A DNA stretch of 64,000 bases from Eledone cirrhosa (lineage: Eukaryota). Below the pieces are notes generated by a model. It had not been told where the DNA came from, made no database searches, and saw only the letters and a program-made list of their open reading frames with translations. Both the position numbers and the translations under genes were made by a program. The first letter of the stretch is position 1; each line of letters opens with the position of its first letter. Shown here piece by piece: positions 12,480-25,837 of the stretch. The stretch spans positions 371,194,001-371,258,000 of the forward strand of contig OZ024740.1 in assembly GCA_964016885.1 (NCBI GenBank), given 5' to 3'.

Positions 12480-13572
12480 TAGTTCTCCAGACCATAACAG
12501 AGGAGTTTAAAATGGGCTGGTCATGGGAACTTCTATATGTAGATGATTTGGTCCTTATAGCTGAAAGCCAAAAAGAACTAGAAAATAAATTCTGATTATG
12601 GAAACTGAATTTGGAAACTAAACTGCTAGTCAGTTGGAAAGAAAATAGGACTCAGATTCCTTCAGGGAAGTGGCCCTGCTCAATATGTAGAAAAGGAGTG
12701 GGTGTAAACTCCATACAATGTACACAATCTAAATCTTGGGTACAGAAAAGATATTGTGGGATAATGAGTAGGTTAACGGGAAGGGAGAACATCGCACAGG
12801 AGTAATCGAGAGGAAGAGTGCCAGTTATATAAACCTTTTCCAGTCACAGGAAGGGTCCATAGATGTGGTTGATAGCTTCTGCAAACTAGGTGATTTAATT
12901 AGCAGCGGAGGAGGGTGCACCGAGAGTATAATAGCTAGAATAAGGATAGGATGGAAGAAGTTTAGCGAGCTACTCCCACTGTTGACAACAAAAGGTTTCT
13001 GCATCTATACAAAAGGATGACTGTATGATGCCTGTGTGTGAAGTGCGATGCTGCTTGGTAGTGAAACATTGGCTGTGACTGCAGAGGACATGTGTAGACT
13101 GGAGAGAAATGAAGCAACCATGCTTCATTGGATGTACAATGTAAGTGTGAAAGAAAGGCAGAGCGAGGACAGGATATAGCATACATCTAGTAAAGCCTCC
13201 AGCCCATACTGTAAAGTGGTCGTGATGGTGACACGTTAAAAAGTGCCCAGCACATATTGTAAGGTGGTCGTGATTGTGACATGGCAAAAAAACACCCAGC
13301 CCACACTATAAAGTGGTCATATAGGTAGCACGACAAAAAACATCCAACCCACACTGTAAACTGGTCATGTCGGAGTCACGACAAAAAGCACCCAGCACAT
13401 ACTGTAAATGTGGTTGGCATTAGGAAGGGTATTCAGCCGTAGAAGCCAAGCCAGAAACAGTTCTGTGTGAGCAAGACACGGTCACCTGACCCAACTTGCC
13501 CCAAATGGGGCAACCCATCCAACTCATGCTAGCATGGAAAAATGGATATTAAATGATGAGGATGATGGTGGT
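12480..13572 (+). mobile_element. Older decayed RTE LINE (RT end with PHD-type finger, expanded 3' UTR repeat array)
   Basis: WELLYVDDL-like DNA at about 12525. ORF 12611-12805 contains QIPSGKWPCSICRKGVG. 3' UTR has four ~48-bp units plus the terminal unit; gatgaggatgat tail. Confidence 0.85.
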
Positions 13573-14779
13573 GGTTCTACTAGGCTTTAGGACCAGATAG
13601 AAGCTTCTTGTTGTTTTGATCCAACTCTTGCAGGTATGTGTTGGATGAGACTTTTGAGGTACTTTTTCCATGTGTGGGTGTTCTTCCTGATGTCAGCTTG
13701 TACATTATTTTATTTATAAGTATGGTATATTTTGCTCATCTTTGTTGACCTGCTATGGTGCAGGCAGGGCCTTCAATAGAAATTTTGCAAGGCAGTACAA
13801 GACTCCTTTGGAGCCCAAAGCAGGCAAACATTTTTCTCAAAAAGTATGTTGCATGGTTGCTGTGGGACCTTCTTAGCTCTTGGGCCCTGGAACAAAGTAC
13901 CGGTTAGACCCCCTCTCATAGACTCTGGGTTTTAAGACAATAGGATGTGACTTAGAGTAGATTGGGTCATTTAATTCAAGTAATGCCTTGAAGAAATAAA
14001 AATTCAATTATTTCACAAATATTAAAAAACAACACTAACATTCAGACGGTAATGTCAGGAAGTTCATCCAAGATAATTGAATAATAAATATTTTTGCTTG
14101 GAGCATAGTATGAAGTTAAGGGCTAATTCATAATGTTGATCAGTTATGGTCTTCCTCATAGAGGTTGTTTGTATTTATCTGAATCTGATCTTCCTATAAT
14201 TTCAACAAAGTATTCTTTTATAATTACCACATTATATACTTAACCCCTTGTGGCTGATTGCGGTTTATGGTAACTTTACGGGGACTATTCTCTTTACTTA
14301 CGTAGTAAGTAGTTGCAGAAACATTTATATGTCCCTGAAGATTACCATAAGATCATCATTATCATCATCACCATTTTTGTGTGTATATTGTTTTCACACA
14401 ATCAGTCAGGGGTTGGATAAGACATTTATGTCAATTTCTCTTTGACTGGATGTCCTTTCTGATGTCAGCTCATACTTCATTTCTGAATATGGTATATGTT
14501 GCTCATCTCTATTGAACTTCTATGCTGGTGAATATATAATTTACATATCCTGGTTGCTTTAAGCATTGTTGATATGGAGTCTCCCGCGTTAAACCAACAG
14601 ACAGTTACATACAGACCTCCACCTTCACATACTGATACACAGACATCTTTATATATATATAGGGTTGTCATGTATATGGATTACAGTGTTGATTCTCTAC
14701 AGAAAGATCATGTGACCTATTTTCTAACCTTTAAACATTTTCAAATCTTTGCAGTTTGCATAGGACAAGCTAACAATAC

Positions 14780-15175
14780 CCACTGAGTTTTAGACATACA
14801 GGCAAGATTTGCTGCAACAGCCATCTCCAGTGCCTCTGAATCTAGTCCATTTGGTTGACTTTCTCTTGGTTCATCCTTTGGACTGCAGTGTCCATTTGTG
14901 AAGCAGGAAAACCACTTTCTATGTATTCTTTCACATGCTGCATCAATACTTTAATTGTTCTAGAGGATGAGTTTCCTGCTGCACTTGCTTTGAGTCTCTC
15001 TGAAGCATCTTGAGCATGACATGTTGAAGGTGTTTTTTGGTTGAATGAAACATAGGGTCGAATTGAAAGAGTTTTTCATGAATAATGTTTGCATAATCTG
15101 AAGTGTGAAGGGGTATTTTACTTATGGCGGCATGACTAAGCATCAGATCAAGATAAATCTTGTTCGCATTTTCAG
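14780..15175 (-). other. Candidate host exon (unverified)
   Basis: Non-repetitive, higher-complexity block bounded on the minus strand by ...gattttttAG and a GT donor (GG|gtattg). No single frame is open throughout, so UTR or non-coding if real. Confidence 0.25.
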
Positions 15176-16605
15176 CTAAAAAATCGAACAGACCTTTCAG
15201 TCTAATATGATATAGATATATATATAAAATTGTGAATTTTCAGTTATTCACCCGAATAATAACAGTGTAAGTAAAAGAAAATGTAGTATAGAAGTAAAGA
15301 TCAATTTCTTTCAATGCTTTTGAAACGTTTTAGCTAACAATTCCCATTATATTGCTGCTTATTTATTGAACAAGAAGCATTCTGGCATGAATTGACCATT
15401 TTAAATGCTCGAGCAATAACAGTGGAAAGTGGAAGCGACAACATATGTGTTGTCTATAAACAGAATAAAAAAATCTATATAATTAAAAAAAAAGATGAAA
15501 AACTAAAAGAAAATCTTTTGTCGTCTCATGAATTGCCTTTATACAACATGAGAAGATAGTTGAGAAAGAAGTCCATCTTCAACAATGATTATTGATAGTA
15601 TAGCATTTACTGTCAAAAGCCATAAGTTATGCATAAATCAATGGAAATTGCAGATGGGTGGATGAGGGGGTATTTGGGATTAGGAAGAGATTTGAAATAG
15701 CCAGTGGAAGAAGTAATTATAATGAAAATTTAGTGTGCCCACCCCTTTGCTTCACAAAAAGAAAAAAAAAAAAGAAAAGAGGAAGCAAAAAAAGAAAGAA
15801 AAAAAAAGCATAGGGATAATAAAAGAAATATAAATATCATCATCATTGTTTTACTCTTCCATGCTGGCATGGATTTGGACAATGTCTGAAACAGTGTTTT
15901 ATAACCGCATATCTTTCCTAATGTCACCTCTTATGACATGCAAAGTTATGGTGTGCTTATTCTAAAAACTAGGATACACAAACACACATGCATATATATA
16001 TATATATATATATAGTGTGTGTGTGCAAAAAATAAATGGAAACAGCATTTATTTCATTATCATCATTTAACGTCCACTTTCCCTGCCAGCAAAGGTTGGA
16101 TGGGACTTCACTGACTCAGTCTGTATTTAACCTTCAGAATGCTGAATATTTTATGAATCGCTTCCCTTGACACTGCATTATGTATTAAGGGGAGATTACT
16201 CTATTGTCTCAATTTGTCGCTGACAATGCTTTAAAGGTTAAGTGAAGCCACATGAAGGATGCAACATGAATGGGTAGGGTAGACAGAAGATTGAATAATG
16301 ATGCTTTTGAGTAGAGGGATTTGGTGGTTTTAATAATTAGTTATTACTGTTTAACCCCAGGTCTATTCTGATCACAAACTTCTGATCAAAGATCTTCCAG
16401 TCATGAACATCCCATATTTTTGCTAGATAGAGTGCATACAGGTCTACATTATCCAGTATGTTCAATTTTTTCCTAAGATTGTAAGGTGTTATTTGAGGAA
16501 GATTTGGCTGCTTGATTTTTGTTTTACTTGGTATTCAGTGCAGATGATCCAGTCATTAGGAAACTAGATAACCAACTAAACTATTGTATCCAGTAACAAT
16601 ACTGT

Positions 16606-16858
16606 CAACCTTTTTGATACCAAACTGCTTGAAACCACTCCTGATTCTAAGATGCAAATCTGCTTATTTTAAAGTGTTTTATATTTATTTAAATACTTTC
16701 CATCATACTTTTATGTAAGAACTTTTGTTAAGTTATACTTCAAACGTCAGCTTAATAATAAGACAGTTAGATATTCTATTAAATCCCTCCAAATTATTGA
16801 TTATTTTCAAAATCATAGGCAGTGTCTTTTATTAGAAATATAGTAACAAAAGGATTAA
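16606..16858. mobile_element. Probable MITE, same family as 8246-8467
   Basis: Shared internal segments (cagcttaataat; ttattttcaaa...atcataggcagtgtcttt.attagaaatat.gtaa..aaagg). Confidence 0.5.
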
Positions 16859-18509
16859 AGCAACACAACAGAATTGGTAGAGCACCAAAAGACAAAATAC
16901 CATGTGATATTTAGCTACATTCTTTATATTCTGAGTTCAGATTCTGTACAGGTTGACTTCATACTTTTTTCAGCAAGAATTTGGGTCAGGTTTCTGGTTT
17001 CAGGATACATTACTTCCCCACTTTCACTTGTCTTGAAAGCCTTGAAAAGAATTATGGACATAACACTACACCTCCTCAAAACTTAGCAATAAGAAAAAAA
17101 AAGTCTACATGAATAAAGTAGGGGTGGATATAATTGACAGGCCATCACAGCCTAGTAAATGAATCCAGTAAAAGAATCATTTTTATTCTCAATTCAAATT
17201 TTGTCTAGGGCTGATAAAATACTGCTAGTATGATTCCTCCACTTTCAGAAATCTGTAGCCTTATGCATTATCATCATTGTTTTGCATCTACGTTTCCATA
17301 TTAGCATTGGTTGGACTGAATGCTTTGAGACAAAGTTTTACAGATGGATGGCCTTCTTGATGTCAACTCTCTTAGATGCCTCTTACAATATGCAGGGATG
17401 AGGTGTATCTATTCTAAAAATTGGGATACACATGGGATAAAGTTATAAATCATTATTGGTGAATGGCAAAAAAGGGGGTGATGATAGAATCAGAAGAGAG
17501 GAGATGGTGTTTAAAGATACCTTTATGGGCTGAGTTCAAATGTCATTGCAGTCAGCTTTGATGTTAGAATTATGTTAGAATTGATTACCCTTTGTGCCTA
17601 CATTAGAAATTATAATAATTATTATTGTCTGGGCAACAACTATTGTAGAGTATTGGACAAAACACCTAATTGTATTTAGTTACATCTTTTTGCATTCTGA
17701 GTTCAAAAGTCGTTATGACTTAGAATCCTTACTCATGCTAATATGGAAACCTCTATATGATCACTTACCTACTAGATAGAAATAGTAGGCAAATTCTCTA
17801 TCAGACCACCAAGGCACCTTTTGGTCATGGCTGACCATGGGCTTGCATCTGAAAAGTTCCTCTCCAAGGCGTAAACCTGGGAAAGGTGTTTTAGGAAAGA
17901 CTACTGGTTGCCAGTGCATACAAGTCTCCTCTTGCCACACCATCAATGTTGTCCAAGAGAAAGGCAGTGGTTAATATAGCTTGTCTAACCCATGCCAGTG
18001 TGGAAAAATGGACGTTAAATGGTGATGCGGATGATGATACCATTGTCATCAGAGGCAAACACAGAAAGAGATACTGCAAAGCATCATGTTTTATGCTCTA
18101 ACAATTCTGTGAATCTACTACCCTGGATTGGCATTTTATTTATCGATCCCAAAAGGTTGAAAGACAAAGTTGACTGTAGCAGGATTTGAACTGAGAGCAC
18201 AGAGAGCTACAACAAATACTGCGAAGCATTTTCAGCCAACACTAATTACTTTTTTAAAAAGATGGAAAGGATATATTAGATGGTCCTATAAAAACATGAT
18301 AGGGAGGGCTAAGATGTTGATCATGCCTGATTAATCAGTGCTGACCTGGGGCTAAATAACAAGAACAACAATAGCTAGTACATATTTTACTAACCAATTT
18401 CTCTTGGAGTCATAAAATGCTAGTGTAACCATTGCATGATTCGAACTTAGAACATTGAGGCAGGTAATGTGTATGTGTGTTGGAACTCTGTTCGTTCTGA
18501 TAAATGTTC

Positions 18510-18797
18510 AAGCTGCTTGGTCAATGGAACAGCCTGCTCATGAAATTAATGTGCAATTAGCTGAGCATAACACAGTTGTATACTCTAAATGTAATTCCCA
18601 GGGAGATTCAGCATGACACAGTGTATGACAAGGCTGACCCTTTGAATTACAAGTACAACTTCATTTTTGCCAGCTGAGTGAACTGGAGCAGCATGAAATA
18701 AAGTTTCTTGCTTCAGGACACAATGTGCTGTTGGGAATCAAACTCATGACTTTATGATCATGAGCTGAACATCCTAACCAGTAAGCCATGTACCTTC
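18510..18797 (-). mobile_element. Decayed SINE related to the family 1 head
   Basis: cagctgagtgaactggagca.catgaaataaagt...ctaaccagtaagccatgt is the reverse complement of the family-1 head and central domain. Confidence 0.6.
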
Positions 18798-18856
18798 ACA
18801 ATGGACTTCAGATAACATGAATTATCCAATATGACTTCTACCTCTCTCTCTCTTTT

Positions 18857-19050
18857 ATAATAATTGTTTCTACTTTTGGCACAAGGCCAGCAATTACCCA
18901 ATGCATTACTGGTACTTTATTTTATTGACCCTGTAAGGATGAAAGGCAAAGTTAACCTCGGCAGGATTTGAACTCAGATCGTAAAGGAGCCATAACTCTT
19001 TGCTGCAAAGCATGGTGTCCGACCCTTTACAGATACTGCCAATCCACCGC
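18857..19050 (-). mobile_element. tRNA-derived SINE family 2
   Basis: Close match to 7857-8046 and, inverted, to 58998-59187. Confidence 0.85.
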
Positions 19051-19633
19051 AATAATGATAGTTACAAAAAAGAAAATAGTGATAGTGATATTGATGCTGA
19101 TTGTGGTGCTGAAATTATATAAGTGTAGTAAGATTTTCGGGAAAAAATGTGCAATGTTCAGGAATATACACAAGAGAGATGGTAACATATTTTAGCTCTC
19201 TTTCTTTCTTTCTTTCTCTCTCTCTCTGTATGTATGCATGCATGCATGTATATATATATATACAAACACATATATATATAGAGAGAGGGACAGGGAGAGT
19301 ATAAACACAATTTTCAAGACTTGTAATCCATTCAGAAGTTTGCATGTGTTTATGTGCATATGTGTGTATGTATGTGTGTGTGTGTATATATATATTAAAC
19401 ACATACACACATACATACACACATAGCTTGTAAACAAATGACAGAAGTTAAAATTCTACTGGAAACCTTCTGTTTTATTTATTTTTCTTCTTCTCATGCA
19501 TAGTATCTATCATTCTATCATGTGACCTTAAAATACAAAATAAAAAAAAAATGGATGCCTAGCAGAACTAAAAAAAAGGCAATAAAAAACAAACTCTTAG
19601 TTAGTTTCCTGTTTCATAGATAGCAGAAAACAT

Positions 19634-19645
19634 TATATATATATG

Positions 19646-19701
<56 letters not shown>
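19634..19701. repeat. (TA)n/(CA)n microsatellite
   Basis: Direct reading. Confidence 0.95.
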
Positions 19702-19704
<3 letters not shown>

Positions 19705-21241
19705 TTAATATGAAAATGATAATAAAAAATAAAAATGATAAAGAATGAGAATATAAAAGAATATTATATAAAAACTAAATACTGATCAAGGAAACACATT
19801 TATAATAAAATGGCAGTATATTGTAAAATACTATTTTTCTTTACATATTACAACCATTCTTTCAAGTATGCTGTATGTTTGTAGTACTATGTATGTATTT
19901 ATGTATGTATTTATGTATCTGCTTTGTTGTTGTTGTTGCTGTTGCTTCTATTTGAAAGAACTACTCAATAAATTGGTTGACCTTTTAATATGTAAGTTTT
20001 GATGCAGTGTGTCTGGCTTACTGACCAAAAGTAAGTTAAGTATAAATAAAGTTCAAATTCTTCTTGAACAAACAGTAATACAAAATAATACAAAAAAATA
20101 CAAAGAAAACATTGGATATGCATTCCAAAGTATTTATGTAAAAACAATGTAACTTGTGGGACTTTGAATAGAAAGTAAGATGGTAGAAATAGAAAAAGAA
20201 TTCCTTCCCCACTTCAGAAGTGGAGAGGGTAAGGAAAAAGAGTGCACTTAGCAATTGTATTGAATAAAACACTTCTTCGGAAGGAAAAATGAAGGAAATC
20301 TGTAAATAAAAATTTTAAAATACATAAAAATAATAATGTTCAGAATCTAAATAAATAGATAAATACAAAAATATATATATATAATAATAATATAGTGACC
20401 AATCTTAGAAATCTATTAGGAATGCAAATCGGCAGTTGAAATGCATTTTTCTGCAGTCTTAGAAAATATGAAAATTTAAGAGCTCTCAGAAAATAATTTT
20501 TTCTTTCCCAACATTTTTGATTGATTTCAGACAAGCAAAGTCCCTTAAGCTTTTTATGAAGATATGTTGAAAATGTCTGAAAGTTTGTATTCAAATCCCT
20601 TTAGGTTTTTTAAACATATCGAAAATGTCTGAACATATGTGTCTTTGAGATAAACATGTCCAGGTCAAATGTTCCATATCTGAATCTTCACGAAAACAAA
20701 GTTAGATTTACAAAGAAAAAGAAAAAAAAGAAGATAATAATGCCAAAAAAATACATTTGGCCACTCATCTCTCAAAGATTGTCAAAATAACAACCAGTAA
20801 TATGCTACTTATACTCGTTACCTATCTCTCTATCATGCCATCCTACTCTATCAAGCACACCCCCCACAGCATTACATCTCCTCTCCCCATACACTAATCA
20901 GCTACCCCTACCTCTTACACATCCATTACCCCATACATACCTTTCCATCACGCCCCTATCCTTATACACTAATCAACCACCTCTACCTCATACTCACCAC
21001 CCTGCCAAATTGCCACAGATATAACTTTATACCGTTTAAATCTATTTATTTAGTGTATATTGTACAAAATATAATTTAGAGATATATCAGATGAAAGAAT
21101 GGTATTTAACTAATGTATTGGTACGCGATGGGGCCCACCCACAGCCCCGGCGGATAGAATGGAGAAGGCGTTTCCCCGGATGATGGCAAGGGAGACGCGC
21201 TGGAAAAGCCACTCCAACTCGATAATAGTATTCACAGATGT

Positions 21242-23734
21242 TTAAGTTTTAGCCCACCGTTTTAAGACAAGCCATGATGTTTGAGTATTATCCGGGGTCC
21301 ATCTGTAGAATGACTGTTGTAGTCTATGGCCGCAATTGATGACGGTTTTGGCTCGACTGTTGATGAGATCAGGGGGCGACAGAGCTGGCAGTTTTTCTTG
21401 AAGTTGTAGGGTGTTGCCTGGTTGACAGTTTCCCAATAAGTGGAGCAGCTGATGCTAGCGTCATTTAAATGGGTGATGTGATTGGCGAGGGATGTAGAGT
21501 ACCTTAGCTTCCTATTCCTAAAAGAGTGAAGATGCGCTCAAAATCTAGTCTTGAACGACCCAGAAGTGGCCCCTATGTAATATTTGACACTATTGTGGCT
21601 AGTAACAGTACATCTATATATAACATTTTTAGTTAGGCATTGGCCCTGGAGCGGACAGTTAGCAGGGTCACGGCAGTTGCAGTGCTTACTACAGTCCCCT
21701 CCGGACTGGCGGTTGTTAGTACCCGCCGCAGTACTATTCTTAATATTATTATTATTATCAGGACAACGGCTTCCATTGTTGTTGTTAGTATTACCATAGC
21801 TAAGGACGCACAGGGTAGTACCATGTGTACGCTGTATGTTACCGTGCCTTCTACTGTAGTTGTTCGCACTATTGAGGTCCATACCGCAGCCATCAGCCGT
21901 ACTACTATAGCGGCGAGCATGCTGGTCAAGGTTACCACCAACATTTCCGGATGCGGCTAGAGAATCGCTAAGGCTATCTAATCTGCCGTACTCTCTAAGA
22001 TTGTCGTTGCTAGGATGCTGTGTGTTAGTGAGCTTGTTGTAGTTACTTATCGCTATGAGGTCAGCTAGATTGGGTGTAGTGGAGAAGGATATTTTTACGA
22101 TATTCTTATTAAGGATTTTTCTGTATTTATGGTTAGGTGGGAAGTTTTTCTCTAAGGCCTCGAAGAAGATTCTAGGTAAGTCTGAGGCTACACTCCGAGA
22201 GTAAGGAGGATGGAACCAGAGGACATTACGTTGACGGTTACGTGTAGCTGTGGGTTTACTATGGGCTGTGCTGCCCGGGTGACTGTTCTTATCGTTGCTA
22301 ATGTGTTGTTGCCTAATGCGCATATTATTTGCGTAATGCCAGGGTGCGCGAGTTGTCCAAATGCGGTTCCATGTGCCCGTAGGCAGATTAGAAGGGGTAG
22401 GTAGTAGGCCATTATATTTATTAACATTGTAAGTTTGGAATAACTCAAGTAGGCTGCCTCTGCTACCATTAACTGGACCGTGACACTTTAGTTGCAGTAA
22501 TCCGGCTGTCCCGCTACTTCTGTAATTCCCATGCGAGCCGTAGCTGTTGTGATTATCTATTCTACTATTAGTTACACTAGTGTGGCTGCAGTGCGATTGG
22601 TTATAGGTATGGCTCATTGTAACACTAGTCCGTGATGGGGGTGGGGGGTGGGGGTGGTGGTTATACAGTCAGAATTATGGAGGTAGGAAATCTTACGGTT
22701 ATAACCTGAGTCTGCTAAGGCCCTATTGTAGTATTCGGCTGCTTGGTTGAAGAGGTCCTCACTAGCAGAAAGCCTTGAGATTCTATGGGAGATGCTATAG
22801 ACTATGGAGTTGAGTGTAGACTTAGGGTGGTTAGAAGCGTAATTGATATAGGATAGAACCTCGCTGAGCTTATGGTACGGTCTGTATAAGCCAGTACTTA
22901 AATCTAAGGTAACATCTAGGAAGTTGACTATGTGGTGGTTGAGGTCTATAGTTACTGAAAGCCCGTACGACTTAAAGAACTTGTATATACGTTTGTTAAG
23001 ATTCTCTATCCTATGGGGGCTATGGTTCCTAACAGTAAATAGGGCGTCGTCCCTATATACACCTCCTTGTAGCACAGGGATCTTATCTCTAAGTCTGTAC
23101 AGGAAGTAAATGCCGACTAGGTCAGTTGCTTGCGCCAAGTCACTAGAACCCAAAGTTATCGGGGCGATTGGTTCTAGTCCAGTGGGAACCCTCGAAGTGA
23201 ATAATAGTTCTCCGCGCAGCCAGTACTATATCTATCTCTTTTTTAGTGAGACTAGTGTTAGATCTAGCTAAGATAAGGGCTTTATTTAAAAGTACAGGGG
23301 AAATAGGGTCATAGTAATTATCTATGTCAAACTGGATGTATTTTAGAGCTGCCTTACCAGGTAACTCGGTGAACCAATTAATGACCTGGTCAGTGTTGTT
23401 CCAGAGACAAACCTTAGCTTTGTTATTGAGTTCAAGTATTCTATCAAGGGTCACTTTACTAATCCTACCTATATCAGAAGTAGAGGGACATATTAATTTA
23501 ATAGAAGGGCTTTCATTAAAATTACATTTGAGATCCTTAAGAGAGAATTTGGGTGTCATAGGAACATAGGGGTTAGTATACTTATCTATATCTAAGGCGG
23601 TAACAATATCCTTACCTTCTCTATTAATGTCGTTTAAAGTACTAATAGGTGTTTTTTTATAGTTTTTGTTTAATTCGTTATAAATGAATTGTCTGTACCT
23701 GCTTACATCCAGCTTATAAAAGTTCTTAGTTTTG
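21242..23734 (-). pseudogene. Penelope-like element 1: disrupted RT + C-terminal GIY-YIG ORF, 5'-truncated at (TA)n
   Basis: Pieces 23734-23143 (YIQFDIDNYYDPIS), 23153-22614 (GSSDLAQATDLVG...GVYRDD...VNFLDVTL), 22617-21538 (WFHPPYS...CNCRDPANCPLQGQC...VIYRC...YYIGATS) and 21436-21242. Frameshifts plus an in-frame TGA at 21538-21540. Confidence 0.9.
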
Positions 23735-23772
23735 TATATAAATAAATGTATATATTATATATATATATATAT

Positions 23773-23805
<33 letters not shown>

Positions 23806-24959
23806 GTTTAACGTCCATGTTCCACGCTTGCATGGGTTTGGACGGGAGTTTTCCCACTTGAGGCAAGAGTGGTTGTCTTGCTCGCATAGGACTGTCTGGC
23901 GGGTTTTCTACAGCTGGATGCCCTTCCTAACACCAACCACATTTACAGTGTGGGACTGGGAGGTTTTTACCGTGTTGCCTACACGGCCACATTACAGCGT
24001 GGACTGTGTGTTTTTTTGTCGTGACACCTACACGATCTCATTTGTTTCGGCCTGGATGTTATGGAACCAACGTAACTTTACATTGAAAGGGGTGGTGTGG
24101 ATGGGGTGGGGGTGGTGTGACGGGGGCGTATTTTGTTAGAGATGCCTACTGACTGTAGTAGGTTTACTTTGTATTTAGGCAAGGCGGGTCTTCTCTATTA
24201 CTGAGTACCGCCAAAGGTCTCGGTCCAGTGACATTGTCTTGGAGAGGTGTAAGTGTGTGAGGTCGGAATTTATCAGGTCGTCCCAGGTTTTTCTGGGTCT
24301 GCCTACTCCGTGGCTACCGTCTATCTTTATTACCCTGCACTTTTTTATACAGCTGTCGTCTTTCATGCGCATCACGTGACCATACCAACGTAGCCTTCTC
24401 TCGAGTAAACAAGATCTGATCCCTCTTATTTTTAATTTTTCCCTTAGTTCATTTATGCTTTGCCGTTCACGTATATTACTATTACACATCCAGCGGAGCA
24501 TGCAAGCTTCGTTCCTCTCTAGTCTGCGTATATCCTCTGCACACAATGCCCAGGTCTCACTGCCATGCAACATTGCTGTTCGTATGCAGGCATCATACAA
24601 CCTGCCTTTCATTTTTAGGGAGAACCCTTTAGCGGCTAATAGTGGTATAAGCTCTCGGAACTTTTTCCATCCAGTTCTGACTCTAGCTACTGTACTTTCA
24701 GAGCACCCTTCCACACTGCTGATTTTGTCACCCAGGTAACGGAAGCTGTCCACTATTTCTATAGAACCCTCTGCGCAATTGAAAGAGCTAGTATTTTGTG
24801 GGCACTTGCTGCTACTTATTGCACCAGAACACTGGCCACATGTAAAATCTATGTTCTTAGTTAGCTTACCTGTGATCCCACTACATCTTTTATGCACCCA
24901 TACTTTGCATTTGGGACATAAAATGGAGTTTCTACCCACGCCTTTCCTACACACTGAGC
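23773..24959 (-). mobile_element. RTE-clade LINE, family A variant, 5'-truncated in the PHD region
   Basis: ORF 24175-24981 (CSVC...FRYLGD...GRPRKTW...IEKTRLA), 3' UTR, (ATC)n on the + strand at 23773-23805, (TA)n on both sides. Confidence 0.95.
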
Positions 24960-24971
24960 ATATATATATAT

Positions 24972-25314
24972 GGAGGCACATGGCTTAGTGGTTAGAGCAT
25001 TGGTCTTGCAATCGAAAGGTTGTGAGTTCAATTCTCAGACCGGGTGATGTGTTGTTTCCTTGAGCAAGACACTTTATTTCACATTGCTCCAGTTTACTCA
25101 GCTGTAGAAATGAGATGATAGGGACTGGGGTTCCTATCATTCCACTGCAAAGTGGTCGTGGAGGTGCCACGGCAAAAAAGCACCCAGCACTCACTGTAAA
25201 TGAGGTTGGTGTTAGGAAGGGCATCCAGCTGTAGAAATCAAGCCAGAATCAGTTCCCGTCCCACCCTTGCAAGCAGGGAAAAGTGGACGTAAAATGAAAT
25301 GATGAAATGATGAT
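24972..25314 (+). mobile_element. tRNA-derived SINE family 1
   Basis: Near-identical to 1473-1817. Follows (TA)n. Confidence 0.92.
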
Positions 25315-25412
25315 ATAACAGATTATTGCTCTACGGTTCTTATATATTTGATATATATTTATCCTTTTCGAGCCCTCTTTGGATTTTAGTCTTCAAATTT
25401 ATTATTATTACT
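25315..25412 (+). mobile_element. Short terminal fragment of the pLTR family seen at 40738-41010
   Basis: 25326-25412 is the reverse complement of 40738-40823. It is preceded by ataacagatta, which occurs on the + strand at about 40837, giving a small 5' inversion. Confidence 0.7.
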
Positions 25413-25434
25413 CTCTCTCTCTATATATATATAT

Positions 25435-25770
25435 GGAGGCACATGGCTTAGTGGTTAGTGCATTGGCCTTGCAATCGAAAGGTTGTGAGTTCAATTCTCA
25501 GACCGGGTGATGTGTTGTTTCCTTGAGCAAGACACTTTATTTCATATTGCTCCAGTTTACTCAGCTGTAGAAATGAGATGATAGGGACTGGGGTCCCTAT
25601 CATTCTACTGCAAAGTGGTTGTGGAGGTGCCACGGCAAAAAAGCACCCAGCACTCACTGTAAATGAGGTTGGTGTTAGGAAGGGCATCCAGCTGTAGAAA
25701 TCAAGCCAGAATCAGTTCCCGTCCCACCCTTGCAAGCAGGGTAAAGCGGACGTAAAATGATGATGATGAT
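25435..25770 (+). mobile_element. tRNA-derived SINE family 1
   Basis: Near-identical to 24972-25314. (GAT)n tail into (TA)n. Confidence 0.92.
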
Positions 25771-25837
25771 ATATATGTATATTGGTATATATATTGGTAT
25801 ATATATATATACCAATATATATATATATTGGAATATA

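Noticed and set aside
13196-13430. Regularly spaced repeats resembling a CRISPR array
   Set aside because: Eukaryotic LINE 3' UTR. The 'spacers' are homologous to each other and there are no cas genes.
21020-21100. Hammerhead in the PLE1 3' region
   Set aside because: Only CTGATAT...TAAAC (-) or CAGATGA (+) without a matching GAAA and stems.
21538-21540. In-frame TGA in the PLE1 GIY-YIG as selenocysteine (known in some Naiad PLEs)
   Set aside because: The position (FKTRF*AH) is not a conserved Cys site, CGA>TGA decay explains it, and the copy has frameshifts.
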